A DNA stretch of 64,000 nt from Bacilli bacterium (lineage in GTDB: Bacteria; Bacillota_I; Bacilli_A; RFN20; CAG-826), in assembly GCA_045597865.1 (NCBI GenBank), contig JAZLKX010000001.1:56796-120795 (forward strand). The letters are read 5' to 3'. This document shows, in pieces, positions 50,603 through 60,712 of this stretch; within the stretch, counting starts at the first letter, position 1, and the number at the start of each line of letters is the position of its first letter. The translations under genes and the position numbers were made by a program. Below the pieces are notes generated by a model. That model saw nothing but the letters and a program-made list of their open reading frames with translations. It did no database searches and was not told the DNA's origin.

Positions 50603-50797
50603 ATGGATTACACAATAATTAAAGCTATATTAGCATCAAATGTCATTGAATTAATTTCGAATGATAAAAAGGTATCGTTACAAGAAGCTTCTGATCTATA
50701 TTATAAATCAAATCTTCCAAGTCTTTTGAAAGATGACGCAACAGGCTTGTATGGTGAATCAGCATGGTATATTTACTCGAAATACCAGCCTAAATAA
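50603..50797 (+). CDS. Small DUF3791-like protein
   Basis: EA..LYY.S....L.D..TGLY.ES..Y. Confidence 0.65.
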   Translation: MDYTIIKAILASNVIELISNDKKVSLQEASDLYYKSNLPSLLKDDATGLYGESAWYIYSKYQPK

Positions 50798-50817
50798 CAA
50801 GATATAAACAAGCAAGA

Positions 50818-50847
50818 AAGTGGGTTGCAAAAGCAATCCATTTTTTG
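50818..50847 (+). terminator. Intrinsic terminator
   Basis: TGGGTTGC-AAAA-GCAATCCA followed by a T run. Confidence 0.7.
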
Positions 50848-51072
50848 TTTTCTTGATCACAAATAAGTGTAGCTCTTAGTTATGAACCCCCTAAAAAATA
50901 ATACCGATTAAATCAATACTTTTAGTATGTTTACTTGCGAACCCCCCACATATGTATATATAATGTGCGCAAGCAAATAGGTGAACGTAAATATAGAAAA
51001 TAAAGTTGATTAAAAACTATATATACGATTCCCTCTTCAATTAAATATTTCCTAAACGGGAGGAAACAGATT

Positions 51073-54000
51073 ATGAAGACTAAAAAGAATTTCTTGAAAA
51101 AGCTATCAGCAGTAGCCTTAGGTTTTGTTATGACCTTAGGAGTGGGTGCTGCAGGGTATGCAGCGAGCGCTAGCGAAACAAGCGCTGGTACTGCAACTGT
51201 TATATTAGAAATCAGCGGTAAAAAGATTGATTCTAGTACATCTTACGTTTCAAATGAAAAAACAGAAACCGTAACGGGTTATAGCATTACTTGGAATAAC
51301 TTAAATCCTGACAGTGGCCAAATTCGTGGAAATCAAAATAGCCAAACAAACATGCTATCTGGTGCAAACTTTTATGCTTTCAACACAAAGGCCCTTCCAG
51401 GAACAATTACTAGCATTAGTATTGATACTGCATTAGTTGCTGCGAATACTTATGCTTCGGTTGGTTCTTCTAAATTTACTTCTTTAAGTACGTCTGCAAC
51501 AAAAGCAACAGTTTCAGGAACTACTACAAGTTGGTCATTTAGTGGTTCGAATAATACATATTTTGCTATCGGTTTGCAAAAAGGGGGAACTAGTGGAACG
51601 GTAAAGGGTAATAAAATTACGATTACATATTCAACTGGTGATACAAAAACTTTAAGTTCTATCGCAATCTCTTCTTCTAGCCATAGAAATTTTACAGTTG
51701 GAGATACATTTGTTGGTGAATCCGTTACCGCAACATATTCTGATTCTACAACTGCACCAGTTACCGCAACATATTCTGGTTATGATATGAGTAGTGCTGG
51801 AACACAAACAGTTACAGCATCTTACACAGAAGGTGGAGTTACAAAAACAGCAACTTATACTATTGCCGTTACTTCTGGTGGTGGTGGGGATGAAGGCGAC
51901 CAACTTATTATTACTAGTGGAACTTTAGGCCTCTCTGGAGCCACTAGTTCTTCTGGCTATAAAAATTCAGAGACAGTTTATGGTATTTATACTTTTAATC
52001 AAGGTAACTCAAATAAAGTGTATAACACGTCAACAGGTGGTTCAAATTCAACAAATGCATTCAAAAAGGATAAAGATGATGGTGCAATTTTTATTGGAAA
52101 GAGTGGAGCATATATTTATAATAATGGAGCTTTTGATAATGATATAGGCAAGATAGAAATTTATGCAAATGCTGGCGCGTCAGCAAACGTTTCAGTTTCT
52201 ATTGATGTTGGCACTTCAAAATTAAACACCTCTATTTCTTCAAATCATGATTACTCAAACACTTTATCAACACTAAATAGCGTTTATACTGCTGTTGAAA
52301 ATTTAGCTGCTGGATATAAATACTTTAGATTCCAAGTAAATAATGCTTATAACGCACAAGTTCAGTTTAGAATCACGTTTAGGGCCGCAGCTACATTAAC
52401 AGGAATGGAAATTAAAACCAATCCAACTAAAGTAGAATACAAAACAGGCGATACATTCAATCCAGCTGGTTTAGTAGTCAATGAAATTTATTCAGACAAT
52501 AGTAAAGTCGAGGTTCCTTATTCAGGTAATGAATCCAAATTTACATTTAGTCCATCATTAAGTACTGAGTTAACTACATCTCATAATAAAGTTACAGTTG
52601 GATATAAACATGATTCTAGTTCGACAGAATATACAGACGACGTAACCATTAGCGTTACTCAAGCAAAGGTATTAACAAGCATTAGCGTTGATCAATCTTC
52701 TCAAAATTATAAAATTGGAGATGCTTTCCAAACTAGAACAGTAACTGCAAATTATGGTGATGGAACTTCTGCTTCAGTTACTGCTACATTCTCAGGGTAT
52801 AACATGGATGTTGCTGGAGATTACACAGTTACAGTGGCATATTCTGAAGGCGGAGTTGATTTGAGCAAAACTTATTCAATTAGCGTTAAGACAATTTCAT
52901 CGTATACTGTTACAGGAAGTGTTAATGCAACTATTGGAGAAGCTTGGAATTATTCCAATTTAACTATTCAAGCTGTTTGGGAATCACCATATGCAGCAGA
53001 AACTCTAACAAATAATTTTGATATTACATTTAGTCCTACAGTTGCATCAAAAGGATTAACTTCTGTTAGTGCAACAATAACATATAGAACAGTAACAAAA
53101 AATGTTTCAAATATTTCAGCAGTTGTTGATTCGGTTATTAATGATAAACTCACATCTGCTTCATTTGGGACACCATCTGCATATCCAAAAGATAGCAGCG
53201 GTAATTTTTATGCAATTTCAACTAGTGGCAATCAAACCTTCTCTTCTGGTGCTGTATATGGCGGTAATTTAACAACAAAATCAAATACAACATCAACTAT
53301 TCAAGTAAGAGCACAAGATCAATCTGGTCTTTGGGTAACTACATCTGGAGGTGTAGCTAAATCTGTTAAGTTGACTTGGGATTCTGGTACTACAGCAGGT
53401 AGAAGTGTAGAAATTTATGGCAAGAATTCAGCCTATGCTTTAGGTGATATTTATAGTTCAGATTCAAGTGTTTTAGGTGAGAAAGTTGCTACAATCTCAA
53501 AAGATGATAATAGTGAAACTACTTTAAGCAAATCATTTGAATATATTGCAATTAAACCAGCTGGTGGTGCTCTTTACTTAACTGATATTACAGTTAAATG
53601 GGGCGAGGCAGATTCATTAACAGCATTTGCAATTTCTGGTCAAAAAGTTAATTTCGTTGCTGGTGGTACATTTAGTTTAGGAAGCGAATATACTGCAACC
53701 GCAACATATTCAGTCAGTGGTCAAAAGACAGTTACATCAGGCTTTACATATAAGATGAATGGTACTGCTATTACCACTTCTACAGTACTCACTCATAACG
53801 ATGATGGAAAATCAATTGTTGTTACATACACAAATCCAGATAATGATAATCAAACTGCTTCAGCAACAGCATATCAAATTAACGTTGCATACAAAGCACC
53901 AACCAGTGTTTCTATTACTGAAGGTGATTCATTGAACATTTCTGTAAATCAAGACCACACATTTAGTGCAACTGTATCAGATCAATATGCACAATCTGGT

Positions 54001-57000
54001 GTTACTTGGAGCTTAGCAAATGCTAGTGCTGATGTGGAAGCCATAATTGACGAAGATACCGGTTATTTCTTATCAGGAGATGTAGCTGGTTCAGTTGATG
54101 TTGTTGCTACATCAATTGGCACACCAGCAAAAACTGCTTCATGTCACGTTACAATTAGTGCAAATCCTATAGTTACTGTTGAGCCAACTGAAGTTAGTGG
54201 GATTGCAAATGTTTCAGAAGATGAATTAGTTTGCGCTACAGCAAGCAATTTTGGTTCTATTACTCAATATCTTTGGGAATCAGATGATTCTTCAATTGCA
54301 AGCGTAACAATGGATGAAGATGATAATGATTACGCAACCATATCATTCTTACATAATGGTTCTTGTACAGTCACTGTTACAGTTTCTGGAACAGATTTAG
54401 CTGGTAATGAAGCTTCTGAATCTGCTGAAATCGCAGTTACAGTAACAAGACAATTATCTTCCATTAATGTTTCATTAGTAGATAGTACAAAAACTTATAC
54501 AGAAAATGTTGCTGTTCCATTAAGCGACATTGTAATTGAAAAAGTTTATTCTGACAACACAACTGTTCCAAGCGTTACATCTGGATTCAGCTTTGTTAGC
54601 GGTAAAGATAGACCAACTATCGAAGATCCAACTGTCACAATTACTTACACCGAGGATGGTGTTACTAGAACTGGTTCAGTAAATCTTACTGTTGGATACG
54701 CACAACTATCTAGTGTTTCAAAAGATGGTACAACATATCAAACAGAATTCAACCATGGAGATTCATTTACAGTTGGTTCTAACGGCAAAATGATTGCAAA
54801 CTATAAAAATAGTGCATTCCCAGTTGAAACTCTTATCAATGCTGGTGAACTTCAGACAAGTTTAAGAGGTACTTTAACCATTAAATTAGAAGAACAAGAT
54901 GGCACCTTAGTGAGAGAAATTTCCTATGGAGATGCATTAACACGTGCTGATAATGGCAAATATGTACATTTTGTTTACAGTTATCATGGTTCAAATGAAG
55001 CACCAAATAGATATCAAATTACAGTAAATGCCCCTGTCCTAGATGTAAAATATATGGGACAAGAGGAAGCTGGATACACATTGGTGACTGATGCATCAAC
55101 ATTAGAAGCTGGTGATGTTATTGTATTTGGTGTTCCATCAAAAGGAGTAACTGCAACATATATTTCAAACAGCAAATTACAAAAAGTTGCTTCTACATTC
55201 TCAGGTGATTATTCAAAAATTACTGAACTTGGAGAAGGCACATATTTATATACACTAGGTGGTGATTCAACAACAGGTTGGACGTTTGCTGACGTTGAAG
55301 AAGATCTAATTGGCGCATCTTCGGTTAAGAATTTTGCATACAATCAAAATACAACTTGGACTATTTCAATAACTGATGGTGCAGCAACCATTTACAATAC
55401 CAACACAGATCTCGGACGTTTTGTTTATAATGCTAGTTCTAATTATTTTGGCCCTTACACATCTGATACTTCTACATCAATGTTATTGCCAAGTATTTAT
55501 AAGTATTCCATAGGAGGAGACGTTGAAAAAACTGCACATCCATCTTCAGCCTTATATGATGTATTTGCAGCAACACAAGATTTATCAACTTCTAACTGGG
55601 ATACATACGGCGGTTATTACGCAAGTTTTATGCAAGATACAACATCAGAAGATTACACTGTATTAAATAAGGGTATTAGAGATGCAAACGGAAATATTGC
55701 CGAAAAATTCTTAGCAACATATGATTCAGTTTTAGGATCAAATCCATCCTTAACAAACTTCCTTGAAAGACCGATTATAGGCGGAACATATACAATTAGT
55801 TATTTTGAAGCTGATGGAACACCTATTACAGACGCTTCATTAGTAACATCTTATAAAAATGGTGTAGGCGCAACGCTTGTGGATGCACAAGATAAAGAAT
55901 TATATTCATTCGCTGGTTGGTACGATAATGCTCAATTAAAAGGTTCACAAGTTACAACTATTTCAGATAGTGCAACTGGTAATAAGAGCTTCTATGCAAA
56001 GTGGAATTTCGCTCCAGAATCTGGATTAAATGAAGTTAGCGAAAACTTCGGTATGTCATTCAAATATAACTATAATGACACTCCAGTAATAACAACTAGA
56101 GCAACAAGTGACGCAGCAGAATATGAATTAGTCACTGATGCAAGTACATTAAAAGAAGGAGATAAGATTCTGATTGTTGGTAGCAAAGATAATTCATATT
56201 ATGCCTTAGCTCCTTATGCATCTGGAAACAACTGTAAACGCAATGACATATCAGCACCAGTTAGTAATATTATTACAGCAGATGTTGCTTACTTAACATT
56301 AGGTGGTTCGGCTGGAAATTGGACATTATTTGATGGTACTTACTACTTGTATGCGGCTGGTGGAACAGGAAGCAATAACTATCTTAAAGGTGCTTCTAAC
56401 GCAGATGCAACTAATGCACAATGGAGTATTGCTATAGATGGTGGAAACGCAACAATCAAAACTGCAGATAGCACAGTTGCAAGACATACTATTATGCACA
56501 ATTCAGGTTCAACTTGTTTCTCTTGTTATGCTAGCGGCCAAGGCGCAGTACAAATCTATAAGATGAAAGACAGCACTCCATCACCATATACAGATGTCAC
56601 ATTTAAATTAAATGTTAAACCAAGCGGAATATTCGACTTTGGAGATAACCTCTTATACGGAGAAGATTATGGTATTGTTGTTATGTACAATGATGGTAAA
56701 GAAGATAGAGTACGTTACTTCAGCTTTGTTAAAGATGCTGATGGCAAGAATTGGATTTATGAAGAAGGTGAAGATCCAATAGAATTCACTCTAAAATCCA
56801 ATGGCCAATTTACACTAAATTTAGGTGATGTTATTAACAAGCCGAGTAGGGCATTCACAGAGTTTACTGTAGCAGCCTACGTTATGGATGGTGATACGCC
56901 AATCTTGTCTGAGAACACGGCTACATGTTCAATAGCTGGATTAATTGAAGAATACTACAATAATCCTGCAACTCGTACACAACAAGTCATTGACTTGTAT

Positions 57001-57027
57001 AACATCTTCTTCCCAGAAGGTAAATAA
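51073..57027 (+). CDS. Large secreted protein with bacterial Ig-like and InlB-B repeats
   Basis: Signal peptide; repeated VTA.YSD...SGYDMS.AG.QTVT.SY.E units, F.GWY repeat, duplicated LVTDASTL..GD domain; GGGAGG RBS. Confidence 0.85.
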   Translation: MKTKKNFLKKLSAVALGFVMTLGVGAAGYAASASETSAGTATVILEISGKKIDSSTSYVSNEKTETVTGYSITWNNLNPDSGQIRGNQNSQTNMLSGANFYAFNTKALPGTITSISIDTALVAANTYASVGSSKFTSLSTSATKATVSGTTTSWSFSGSNNTYFAIGLQKGGTSGTVKGNKITITYSTGDTKTLSSIAISSSSHRNFTVGDTFVGESVTATYSDSTTAPVTATYSGYDMSSAGTQTVTASYTEGGVTKTATYTIAVTSGGGGDEGDQLIITSGTLGLSGATSSSGYKNSETVYGIYTFNQGNSNKVYNTSTGGSNSTNAFKKDKDDGAIFIGKSGAYIYNNGAFDNDIGKIEIYANAGASANVSVSIDVGTSKLNTSISSNHDYSNTLSTLNSVYTAVENLAAGYKYFRFQVNNAYNAQVQFRITFRAAATLTGMEIKTNPTKVEYKTGDTFNPAGLVVNEIYSDNSKVEVPYSGNESKFTFSPSLSTELTTSHNKVTVGYKHDSSSTEYTDDVTISVTQAKVLTSISVDQSSQNYKIGDAFQTRTVTANYGDGTSASVTATFSGYNMDVAGDYTVTVAYSEGGVDLSKTYSISVKTISSYTVTGSVNATIGEAWNYSNLTIQAVWESPYAAETLTNNFDITFSPTVASKGLTSVSATITYRTVTKNVSNISAVVDSVINDKLTSASFGTPSAYPKDSSGNFYAISTSGNQTFSSGAVYGGNLTTKSNTTSTIQVRAQDQSGLWVTTSGGVAKSVKLTWDSGTTAGRSVEIYGKNSAYALGDIYSSDSSVLGEKVATISKDDNSETTLSKSFEYIAIKPAGGALYLTDITVKWGEADSLTAFAISGQKVNFVAGGTFSLGSEYTATATYSVSGQKTVTSGFTYKMNGTAITTSTVLTHNDDGKSIVVTYTNPDNDNQTASATAYQINVAYKAPTSVSITEGDSLNISVNQDHTFSATVSDQYAQSGVTWSLANASADVEAIIDEDTGYFLSGDVAGSVDVVATSIGTPAKTASCHVTISANPIVTVEPTEVSGIANVSEDELVCATASNFGSITQYLWESDDSSIASVTMDEDDNDYATISFLHNGSCTVTVTVSGTDLAGNEASESAEIAVTVTRQLSSINVSLVDSTKTYTENVAVPLSDIVIEKVYSDNTTVPSVTSGFSFVSGKDRPTIEDPTVTITYTEDGVTRTGSVNLTVGYAQLSSVSKDGTTYQTEFNHGDSFTVGSNGKMIANYKNSAFPVETLINAGELQTSLRGTLTIKLEEQDGTLVREISYGDALTRADNGKYVHFVYSYHGSNEAPNRYQITVNAPVLDVKYMGQEEAGYTLVTDASTLEAGDVIVFGVPSKGVTATYISNSKLQKVASTFSGDYSKITELGEGTYLYTLGGDSTTGWTFADVEEDLIGASSVKNFAYNQNTTWTISITDGAATIYNTNTDLGRFVYNASSNYFGPYTSDTSTSMLLPSIYKYSIGGDVEKTAHPSSALYDVFAATQDLSTSNWDTYGGYYASFMQDTTSEDYTVLNKGIRDANGNIAEKFLATYDSVLGSNPSLTNFLERPIIGGTYTISYFEADGTPITDASLVTSYKNGVGATLVDAQDKELYSFAGWYDNAQLKGSQVTTISDSATGNKSFYAKWNFAPESGLNEVSENFGMSFKYNYNDTPVITTRATSDAAEYELVTDASTLKEGDKILIVGSKDNSYYALAPYASGNNCKRNDISAPVSNIITADVAYLTLGGSAGNWTLFDGTYYLYAAGGTGSNNYLKGASNADATNAQWSIAIDGGNATIKTADSTVARHTIMHNSGSTCFSCYASGQGAVQIYKMKDSTPSPYTDVTFKLNVKPSGIFDFGDNLLYGEDYGIVVMYNDGKEDRVRYFSFVKDADGKNWIYEEGEDPIEFTLKSNGQFTLNLGDVINKPSRAFTEFTVAAYVMDGDTPILSENTATCSIAGLIEEYYNNPATRTQQVIDLYNIFFPEGK

Positions 57028-57047
57028 AACATTAAGGAGGTTAAATT

Positions 57048-57185
57048 ATGAAAAAAGAAAGTTATCAAATTCCATTAATTGAAGTCATTAATGTTTTAAA
57101 TGACGTTATTTGTACATCTGGTGTAGAACCTACAAACCCATTCGATCCATTCGATGATGATGACGATGGTACAGATGTATTCTAA
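57048..57185 (+). CDS. Unannotated 45-aa peptide with lasso/RRE-type leader (putative RiPP precursor)
   Basis: AAGGAGG RBS; MKKESYQIPLIEVINVLNDVICTSGVEPTNPFDPFDDDDDGTDVF. Confidence 0.8.
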   Translation: MKKESYQIPLIEVINVLNDVICTSGVEPTNPFDPFDDDDDGTDVF

Positions 57186-57325
57186 TAATCTCATATAATG
57201 GGTCTCCACGTTAAAATGGGGTTCCATGGGGTTTTGCCCCAAAAACATATAATTAGAGACATACGGGCGTAACTGTTATAATATGGTTACGCCTTTAATT
57301 ATTATATCTATATAGGAGTTTAAAA

Positions 57326-57862
57326 ATGTGCCAAATAAAAAAACATTTAGAACAAATTAATAAGTACATTATTGATACAGCCGAAAAAATTTCTAATGGC
57401 GATACTTTTGAGAAAACGACAAATGAAATCATAAGTAAAACCCAAACGTTCGATGCAAAATATTTTTGTAATAATTATAAATTAAATGGCAAGAAGGGAA
57501 TGTATGTCTTTATGTTTAATAAATCATTCAAAAATAATTATGCATATTTTAATGCTTGTTATCATGGTGCAAAGTTAACGAAGCATTTAAATGAAACTGA
57601 GTTTAAGGAAGGATATGTTTTGTATGTTGGTAAAGCTAATAATGTATACGATAGATTAAAAGAGCATCTAATATCTTGTTATGATAACACATATAGTCTA
57701 CGTTTATACCATTCGCATAGAAAATCAATGATTTCTTTTTTGAAAGTTACTTGTTATTTTATAAAAGATGATTTAGAGGATTATTATTCTATTATTAGTA
57801 GAAAGTTAGAAGAAGCTGTAGCGGAAAAGTATAAAGATATAATACTTACAGATAATAAGTGA
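57326..57862 (+). CDS. GIY-YIG nuclease-like protein
   Basis: GMYVF...LYVGKA..V..RL.EH and a C-terminal LE. Confidence 0.7.
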   Translation: MCQIKKHLEQINKYIIDTAEKISNGDTFEKTTNEIISKTQTFDAKYFCNNYKLNGKKGMYVFMFNKSFKNNYAYFNACYHGAKLTKHLNETEFKEGYVLYVGKANNVYDRLKEHLISCYDNTYSLRLYHSHRKSMISFLKVTCYFIKDDLEDYYSIISRKLEEAVAEKYKDIILTDNK

Positions 57863-57903
57863 TAAATTAAATAGTTTAAATATTAAAGGAGATTCATATT
57901 GCT

Positions 57904-58299
57904 ATGAAAAAAGTACTTATTAAACCACATGAAAATCAAGTTTATGTTATTTCGTTAAACGATACATATAATTCCATTTACTTACTTGAAGAAGAAAATA
58001 AATATTCAATGCCAGTTGGTAATTATCATTTAAAGTATTCGCCAGAATTTCTTGGAATAAGGTATTATGGTGAATTGAAAAGAATTAGTCATGTAGATCG
58101 TGTAGGATATGAAAAAGATTCAATTGGAAGGATTTGTTTTGTATTTTATTTAGGTCCAAATTTAAAACACGATGATATTAAAATAAAATCTGGACCATTA
58201 AGAGATAGACGAGGATGGGCTGATTTTGACCTTTTATTTACTTGTGATACTGTTTATGAAGCAATAGATAAAACAAAACAAAGAAATAATAATATTTAA
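57904..58299 (+). CDS. Hypothetical protein
   Basis: AAGGAG RBS, 131-aa ORF. Confidence 0.6.
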   Translation: MKKVLIKPHENQVYVISLNDTYNSIYLLEEENKYSMPVGNYHLKYSPEFLGIRYYGELKRISHVDRVGYEKDSIGRICFVFYLGPNLKHDDIKIKSGPLRDRRGWADFDLLFTCDTVYEAIDKTKQRNNNI

Positions 58300-58311
58300 T
58301 GGTAAAAAAAA

Positions 58312-58428
58312 TAAAAAACCACATAAGTGGTTTAGTATTGTCTCCTCCGAGAAGACTGTGAATTCGAATGAATTCTTACCTGATAATCACAGTATAGCCT
58401 CAGTTACAGTCACCTCTAACATCGGCAT
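58312..58428 (-). ncRNA. Putative structured small RNA downstream of dNTPase copy 2
   Basis: On the minus strand: stems ACTGTGA/TCACAGT, GAATTC/GAATTC, GTCTTCT/AGGAGAC; terminator AAACCAC-TTAT-GTGGTTT-T run. Confidence 0.6.
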
Positions 58429-58432
58429 AAAT

Positions 58433-58461
58433 AATATATAATATTACTGTAAATAGTGCAA
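58433..58461 (-). promoter_or_regulatory. Sigma-70-type promoter immediately after the dNTPase stop
   Basis: TTGCAC-17 bp-TATATT on the minus strand. Confidence 0.6.
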
Positions 58462-58462
58462 G

Positions 58463-60010
58463 TTAATTTTCAATATTTGGTAAAGAAACAGTTTTTTTGT
58501 GTTCTTTTAAAAGCCCAAGAAGTTGTTTTTCATTTAGGGTTGCAACAAAATAACATGTTTCTCGTTTTAAGAAATTTTTAATCATAATCTTATATTTTTC
58601 ATTTTTTATCTTAATCTTTTGTTCCATTAATTTTTTACTAAATTTTATTGATTTTATTGAAAGTAAAAAATCTTTTATATTTGCTTCATTTACTTCTTCT
58701 TGATTAATAAGATTATTTAAATAAAGTGAAAAATTATAAGCAATCGAGTCTACTGATAATTTATTTATAGTTCCATAATCAATTAAAAATTGATGGAAAT
58801 TATTGGAATAATATTTACACAAAACTTTTATTGCAATCGAACCATAAATATTTGAATCATCAATATATTTCAATTTATGAATATCATTGTAAATAGATTT
58901 CTTTATACTAGCGAAAATATCAAGATCTTCTTTGTTTTTAAAAGTAAAAATTTTTTCGCAATTCTCTTTTAATATAATTCCTGAATTTAAAATTGTTGTA
59001 TCTACATAAAGTGAGTTTATTAGATTTGTTTTAATAACATCTAATTTATTTGATATCTTTATAATCTTTTTGCCTAATTCATCATTATCTTTTGCAAGTT
59101 CTATACATTCAATTATTGATTTTAACAAAAAATTGTTAGGATTTATTGTTTGCAAAATACGAATATTTTTGGTTACGCTGCTTACAAGAATTGAATTACT
59201 AATATTTTTTTCATATTTAACAATATATTTTAGAAAATCGAAAAAATCGCTTATAAAGCAACTAATTTCATCGGCCCAATATAAGACGGTTCCTTCCACT
59301 GTTAGCGGTGAAGAGTAATAAAGATATTGACTGATATGGAAGTCTTTATTTGCTAGATTTTGTTTATAACAATTTTTCTTTAAATTTTTGCAATAACAAA
59401 TATTTGTTTGATTTTGTATATTTATGCATTTTTTCACGCATTTAAGTTCATTATATTTATTAATAAAATCATTAAAAAATGGCGAATTATTAAATCCGCA
59501 TTTTCTTAGTATAAAATTAATTTTAGCAACATTATTTTCTGTAAAAACTAGGAAGTTATAGTCTTTTGTAAAAACTGATGAATGTTTTAAAATGGAGTCA
59601 ATTAAAACCATTTGATCATCTTGAAGGATATATCTTTCGGAAATTAATTTAATTGAGTTAATATTGTGTTTAAAAATTCCAGGAAAAGTTTCTGAATAAT
59701 GAACCCCATCATCTGATAAAAACATTGCATTAATTGCATTTTCTCCAGCGTGACCAAATGGTGTATGTCCAATATCATGCAATAAAGCAGATAATTTCAA
59801 TCTATCAATACAAACAAAATCTTCTAAGTGTTTTAATTTTACAATTTCAAAACACGTTTTTTCGACCGCCTTAGTGTGATCAATTCTATTTGTAAACTCA
59901 TCTTTTTCTTCTTTATTTCTAATCATTTGAGTTTTATTTTTTAGACCCTGAAAGAGATTAGATTTAATGACGTTTTCTCTCGTTAAAAATAGAGGATTTA
60001 ATTTTTTCAT
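58463..60010 (-). CDS. HD-domain dNTP triphosphohydrolase with Cys-rich insertion, copy 2
   Basis: F..L..KTQ, NRIDHT, HDIGHTPFGHAGE, KHN, KH, VEG...ADEIS. Confidence 0.85.
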   Translation of the reverse strand: MKKLNPLFLTRENVIKSNLFQGLKNKTQMIRNKEEKDEFTNRIDHTKAVEKTCFEIVKLKHLEDFVCIDRLKLSALLHDIGHTPFGHAGENAINAMFLSDDGVHYSETFPGIFKHNINSIKLISERYILQDDQMVLIDSILKHSSVFTKDYNFLVFTENNVAKINFILRKCGFNNSPFFNDFINKYNELKCVKKCINIQNQTNICYCKNLKKNCYKQNLANKDFHISQYLYYSSPLTVEGTVLYWADEISCFISDFFDFLKYIVKYEKNISNSILVSSVTKNIRILQTINPNNFLLKSIIECIELAKDNDELGKKIIKISNKLDVIKTNLINSLYVDTTILNSGIILKENCEKIFTFKNKEDLDIFASIKKSIYNDIHKLKYIDDSNIYGSIAIKVLCKYYSNNFHQFLIDYGTINKLSVDSIAYNFSLYLNNLINQEEVNEANIKDFLLSIKSIKFSKKLMEQKIKIKNEKYKIMIKNFLKRETCYFVATLNEKQLLGLLKEHKKTVSLPNIEN

Positions 60011-60061
60011 ATTTACATTATAAACTATGTGAAATTCAAAAACTATTTATTTAAATAGTAA

Positions 60062-60406
60062 TTATTCTTCTTTTAATTTAAAGGTATAACCCTTAGATTG
60101 GGTTTGGTTGCCTTTAATTGTTTCTCTTACATTTTTAGGATCTAGATGTGTAGAATGTGCACATATTAGAATAGAAGGGAATTCTTGTTCCTCTTTTGCT
60201 TCTATGTTGATTGCGATTACAGGTTTCTTAATATTGGTGCCTCTTGCTTTAATAAGTGGTGCTATATCATCATTAGGAGCATCTTTAGGAAGTTTTCTCC
60301 ATTGATATCCCGCGACAGATTCTTCGTTTTCGTATTCGATAGATATATTTTTAATTTCTTTCTCAGGAATACCTAAAAATGATAAAATATTAGTGGTATC
60401 AGTCAT
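60062..60406 (-). pseudogene. Chimeric ORF: transposase-like N-terminal stub joined to a NUMOD1-like DNA-binding fragment
   Basis: MTDTTNILSFLGIP... lies just inside the IS end with an AAGGAGG RBS; then AGYQW and KKPVIA...EFPSI...GYTFK (NUMOD1-like pattern). Confidence 0.5.
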
Positions 60407-60712
60407 ATGATCCCTCCTTGTAAATTGTTGCCCAAACTTATTTTACAAGGATTTAATAAAAATATTAATCTAGCTCCACATTAAAATGGGGTTAGTAAAA
60501 AATACCCACCCCATTTAAAAGTGTGGAGCCATTAAAAGTTGCACCCAAATGGATGCAACTTTTCTTATTCATAAAGATTGGTTAGGACTGATTTAATTAA
60601 ACAATTTTATTTTTTTTATTTGTAATAATTATTTATAAAATAAAATATTTTATTATTTAGATATTTATAAAAAGCAATTTTTATTGTATTATTTAATAAT
60701 GGAGAATTTTTT

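Larger units (their letters stand above)
57201..60530 (-). mobile_element. ISL3-ended non-autonomous element carrying cargo genes
   Basis: Left end GGTCTCCACGTTAAAATGGGG matches the ISL3 end at 62930; right end is the inverted CCCCATTTAAAAGTGTGGAGCC; transposase-like N-terminal stub at 60406. Confidence 0.6.
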
